64,000 nucleotides of DNA from the NCBI GenBank assembly GCA_051439605.1, contig JBFRWN010000044.1, forward strand, positions 64,001 through 128,000, written 5' to 3'. A model generated the notes under the pieces. That model searched no databases. It saw only the letters and a list, made by a program, of their open reading frames with translations, and was not told where the DNA came from. How positions within the stretch are numbered: the first letter of the stretch is position 1; each line of letters starts with the position of its first letter. The stretch comes from Synechococcus sp. GTDB lineage: Bacteria > Cyanobacteriota > Cyanobacteriia > Thermostichales > PCC-7336. Positions 60,260 through 64,000 of the stretch are shown piece after piece. A program made the translations under genes and the position numbers.

Positions 60260-60655
60260 AACTCCCAGTCCCGCGTCAGGGGATTGAGGTGGCCTGCAAG
60301 GTGAAACGGAGCCAGGGACGGGGGGTGCAGCGCCGCAAGCCTGAACATCCCTACACCGCCCTCTCACCCAAATCGGAGGTCCATGCCAACCATTGCGAGG
60401 CTCACAACAGCAGTATTTGTCCACGCTGGAGTGCCTATCGACGACGCCAAAACCACTACGCCAAACATCAGGCAGGGTTGAACCCAGCCATAACGGCCCT
60501 TCCCCTCATTCATAACTGGGCGAGAATTCATCCCTCTCTACCCAGAGCAACCACCCCGGCCATGGCGATCGGCTTCATTGACAAATCACTCAAGCTCTCA
60601 GAAATATGCTCCTGTCGAGGATTTCATGACTTACAGTAATTTCTGTCCAGTGCCC
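60260..60655 (+). pseudogene. IS1-like transposase C-terminal remnant with right terminal repeat
   Basis: RQGIEVACKVKRSQG...EHPYTALSPKSEVHANHCEAHN...SAYRRRQNHYAK...LIHNW...TTPAMAIG. Ends in the same 18-mer as 131-148. Confidence 0.75.
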
Positions 60656-60693
60656 AAGATTATCCGTGATGAGTACTAGAAAGGGGTATTGCC

Positions 60694-61836
60694 ATGACGA
60701 TTGTGCGATCGACATTGACCTATTACTGGAATGAATGGTTCTGTAAGCTAACCGGACGATTTCGGGCCCATCCCCCCGATCGGCCGGACTATAACGGCGT
60801 CTATATTTCTCATGACTACGACCTAAAAAAGAGGGGGGATTGCGATCGCGGTTCTTACATCGAGATCTATTCACCCAAGCTAGTGTATTCGGAGAATGAT
60901 ACTCCTCCTCGTGTCGTGATTTATCTACATGGCTTTGATTTGGGGGCATCGCAGATTTACCGCAGCCATATTGAACACTTGGTTAAGCAGGGCTTCTATG
61001 TCTTTTATCCCAACTTTCAAACGGGATTCTGCAGTTTTCCCGATTCAACGAATTCAAGGAATGACTTCTTTGAATCGGTGGAAGAGCTGATTCAATCCAC
61101 CATTGGAGAGGGGTTAATTGCCCCTCAAGGGGAATGGATGGAGAACGCCTTGGATAGCGTGGAATCAGCCTATTCTTTGGTGTTTGGGGAATCGAATCCC
61201 GTAGACACCTACCTTTTCGGACATTCTCTGGGGGGCTTGTTTGCCCTCAGTTGGGCCTATTACGTCGATACAGAAAATCGCGATCCAAGATTGCGGCCCA
61301 AGCAGGTGGTCGCGGCAGATCCGGTGACGGATACGGAAACGATTAACTTCCCTGGTAAGCTCGGAAAAATCATCGATAAGTTCACTGATAAGGTGGACAT
61401 TCGCACCACTGGCAGCCATTTAGACGTGCCGGTGGCGATCGTGCATGGCAATGACGATGTCATCGTGCCGAAGGCGAAGTGGAATGGTCCATTTGAGGCG
61501 ATCGCCACCGAACACAAAGCGATGTTTTTGTCGTTTTCGGATGCTTACGGCTGTCCGGCAATGTATGCCAACCACGAGCAAGCCACCACCGATACAAGCT
61601 TTTTTCCCCGGTTTTTGGCGCTGACGATTTTGGATGGGGTGGGGGCTGAGAACGATTTGGACTGGCGCTACATTTGGCATGCGTTGGACTATGCCGTGCG
61701 TGGAGGCGATACCGTTAAGGTCAATCATGTTTGCTTCGAGATGGGGAATTGGTCCGACGGTCACCCGGTGATTCCCATTCAGCGCTATCTCCCCGTGACG
61801 ACAGAGATTGAACCAGAGAAAAGGATGTTGGGTTAG
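60694..61836 (+). CDS. Alpha/beta hydrolase of unknown substrate
   Basis: VIYLHGF, HLVKQGFYVFYP, GHSLGG, IVHGNDD, candidate catalytic His in ANHEQ. Confidence 0.75.
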   Translation: MTIVRSTLTYYWNEWFCKLTGRFRAHPPDRPDYNGVYISHDYDLKKRGDCDRGSYIEIYSPKLVYSENDTPPRVVIYLHGFDLGASQIYRSHIEHLVKQGFYVFYPNFQTGFCSFPDSTNSRNDFFESVEELIQSTIGEGLIAPQGEWMENALDSVESAYSLVFGESNPVDTYLFGHSLGGLFALSWAYYVDTENRDPRLRPKQVVAADPVTDTETINFPGKLGKIIDKFTDKVDIRTTGSHLDVPVAIVHGNDDVIVPKAKWNGPFEAIATEHKAMFLSFSDAYGCPAMYANHEQATTDTSFFPRFLALTILDGVGAENDLDWRYIWHALDYAVRGGDTVKVNHVCFEMGNWSDGHPVIPIQRYLPVTTEIEPEKRMLG

Positions 61837-61951
61837 GGAGATTATTTTAGAAAGGGGGATTGCCTGGAGGATTACTAACTGTATAGAAGGATGCGGAATT
61901 TTCAGGAAACCCGTTTAGACTGGTTCCAATTCGGTCAGGCCAGTCCTCATC

Positions 61952-62413
61952 ATGCCGCGATACGCCACTGTTGCTGACCATCTCACCCAAGTGGAATTAA
62001 AGCGCCGTTACCAAAAGGCCACCGACCCAGTGGAGGGTCGGCGGTATCACTTGATGTGGCTGGTTAAGGGGGGACGATCGCTGAAGCAGGCAGCTGAGGT
62101 GGTGGGACTAAACTACGACTATGCCAAGGACTTGCTCAAAGCCTATAACAGCCAAGGACCCGAGGCGTTGAGCAATGGTCGCAAACGTCCCTATCGCAGG
62201 GGACGACCAACATTGCTCAACGACGAGCAGCTGCAGCTGCTTCGATCGACCCTCACGCAGCCTCCTAAGGATGGTGGCAATTGGACAGGTCCAAAGGTGG
62301 CCAAGTGGATCGAAAAGCTAACGGGAAAAAGGGTGTGGCCTCAGCGGGGTTGGGAGTACTTGAAACGCTGTGGCTACGAGCTGAAGCGATCTCACGATCG
62401 GCAAACGAATTAA
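61952..62413 (+). mobile_element. IS630-family-derived winged-helix ORF (no DDE partner)
   Basis: YNSQGPEAL...GRPTLL...PKDGGNWTGPKVAKWI...WPQRGWEYLKRCG is typical of IS630 N-terminal ORFs. Confidence 0.7.
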
Positions 62414-62534
62414 CACAATGCCGGACCAACCTTGAACGCTTTGTAGATTATTTCTTCAATCTATAAGTTCAGCCAGGGTAACTGACTCTGCATGTAAGAA
62501 TACTAGGGCCGAGTCGCGACCTGGAGGGGTGACG

Positions 62535-63689
62535 ATGAAAGACAAGCTCCAACTCATGATTCCCGGGCCTACCCCAGTGCCCGAAAGCGCTTTGCTGGCT
62601 TTGGCAAAGCATCCTGAAGGACACCGCAGCCCTAGCTTCTCAGCTGTTGTTGCAGACGTTTCCGACAAACTACGCTGGCTGCACCAAACCCAAAATGATG
62701 TGTTTATTCTCTCCGCTAGCGGCACCGGTGCGATGGAAGCTGGCCTCGTCAATGTCCTCAGCCCCGGCGATCGCGTTTTGTGCGGCGTTAACGGCAAGTT
62801 CGGTCAACGGTGGGCGGATATGGCCGACGTGTTTGGCCTTCAGTGCGAGCGCATCGAATCCGAATGGGGCATTCCCTACCCTGTTGAAACCTTCGCCGAG
62901 AAATTAAGGTCGGATACCGGCAAGACCATCAAGGCCGTCATCCTCACCCACAGCGAAACCTCCAGTGCCGTCCTGAATGACGTACAGGCCATCGCCGAAC
63001 TCGTCAAAGAGCACGGTGAAGCGCTCACCATCGTGGATGGCGTCACCAGCGTCGGAGCCACCAGCGTGCCAATGGACGAATGGGGCCTAGATATCGTCGC
63101 CTCCGGTTCCCAAAAGGGCTATATGATTCCCCCCGGTTTGGGCTTTGTAGCAGTCAGCGAACGGGCCATGTCCGCCGTCGCCACCTCCAAACTGCCGAAG
63201 TACTACTGGAGCTTTGCCATGGCTAAAAAGAGCCTCGGCAAAAACACCACCCCCTTCACCCCTGCCGTAAACATGATTTACGCGCTGCAAGCCAGCCTCG
63301 ACATGATGAAAGAGGAAGGGCTGGAGAACATTTTTACCCGCCATCTAAAACTGCGAGACGCCACCCGTGCCGGAGCCAAAGCCCTCGGTCTGGGCCTGCT
63401 GGCGGCTGACGACAGCTCCGCCAGCACCGCCGTCACCGCGATTGTCGCCCCCGATGGTATCAATGCCGAAGATATCCGTGCCATTATTTCGAAACGATTT
63501 GACATCGCCCTCGCCGCAGGTCAAGACTCTTACAAAGGCAAAATCTTCCGTGTCGGTCACTTGGGCTTCATCTGCGATCGCGACATCTTGACCACTTTTA
63601 CGGCCATTGAAGCAGCCCTTGCGGAGTTGGGCTATCGCTTCACTCCCGGTGCCGGAGTAACTGCAGCCTCTAAAGTTCTAGCTGGCTAA
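62535..63689 (+). CDS. Alanine/serine-glyoxylate aminotransferase family, class V (cyanobacterial DhsS-like)
   Basis: LMIPGPTPVP, SGTGAMEA, HSETS, SGSQKGYMIPPG, TPFTP, FRVGHLG. Confidence 0.9.
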   Translation: MKDKLQLMIPGPTPVPESALLALAKHPEGHRSPSFSAVVADVSDKLRWLHQTQNDVFILSASGTGAMEAGLVNVLSPGDRVLCGVNGKFGQRWADMADVFGLQCERIESEWGIPYPVETFAEKLRSDTGKTIKAVILTHSETSSAVLNDVQAIAELVKEHGEALTIVDGVTSVGATSVPMDEWGLDIVASGSQKGYMIPPGLGFVAVSERAMSAVATSKLPKYYWSFAMAKKSLGKNTTPFTPAVNMIYALQASLDMMKEEGLENIFTRHLKLRDATRAGAKALGLGLLAADDSSASTAVTAIVAPDGINAEDIRAIISKRFDIALAAGQDSYKGKIFRVGHLGFICDRDILTTFTAIEAALAELGYRFTPGAGVTAASKVLAG

Positions 63690-63709
63690 CCCCCATTAAA
63701 CGCATACGC

Positions 63710-63751
63710 TTGCTCGCTGATTCCGCAATGGGGTGTCGGCGAGTGATTTTT
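63710..63751 (+). terminator. Intrinsic terminator after the aminotransferase gene
   Basis: Stem CTCGCTGA/TCGGCGAG (with a G-U pair) followed by TTTTT. Confidence 0.5.
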
Positions 63752-63967
63752 ACAGCGACCGTCAAGTCGCTGAGGTCATCTCAGATGCCCAGAACCCAGA
63801 CTGGGAATAGATCTTGCTGTTCTAGCGGACATAGCAACACCGAATAGGTGACGAGCGAATCCCCTCAAGCAATTGATAAGACAATGACTTGAAATCCTGA
63901 GGGATGCATAAAACCCACGCCATCATGAACCTATTAAGACAGACCGAGAAATCTCACTGATAAACTC

Positions 63968-64000
63968 ATGATTAAAAACGATCGCTGGATTACCACCCAG
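63968..64000 (+). CDS. dcd: Probable dCTP deaminase, N-terminus only (truncated by the window edge)
   Basis: ATG at 63968 gives MIKNDRWITTQ, matching the recalled MIKNDxWI start of cyanobacterial Dcd. Only 11 codons are visible. Confidence 0.55.
   Translation, partial: MIKNDRWITTQ

Overview
This is a 64-kb stretch of cyanobacterial chromosome. Evidence: dozens of HIP1 GCGATCGC octamers and genes for NrrA, PmgA, PAM68, DUF1815, DUF1997 and Gap2. The short AtpD insert region hints at an early-branching unicellular lineage (inference). Most of the window is housekeeping genes: tamB-like, panB, an M16 protease pair, rpsO, atpD, gap2, leuA, purE, htpG and the start of dcd. Accessory genes include an FHA-like protein, an HTH-NB-ARC-WD40 protein, an O-antigen ligase, a cation-chloride cotransporter and several hydrolases. 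Several elements were read directly from the DNA and are absent from the ORF track. (i) Two oppositely oriented pieces of one IS1-like element share an identical 18-bp end, at 131-148 and 60638-60655. (ii) A 39-aa single-helix membrane microprotein gene has its own -10 box, RBS and downstream hairpin. (iii) A canonical NtcA promoter precedes nrrA, with a second, unexplained NtcA-type palindrome further upstream. (iv) atpD is terminated without atpC. (v) There is a MITE-like hairpin element and a dispersed 17-bp hairpin. Protein-level oddities are a degenerate DICT-HD-GYP protein translationally coupled to a pentapeptide-repeat gene, a coiled-coil protein with an FtsZ-tail-like C-terminus next to the probable HIP1 (CGATCG) methyltransferase, and a DUF39 protein lacking a conserved Cys. 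No rRNA, tRNA or CRISPR array was seen. No multi-gene novel system can be claimed with certainty; all family calls come from recalled motifs, not database searches.
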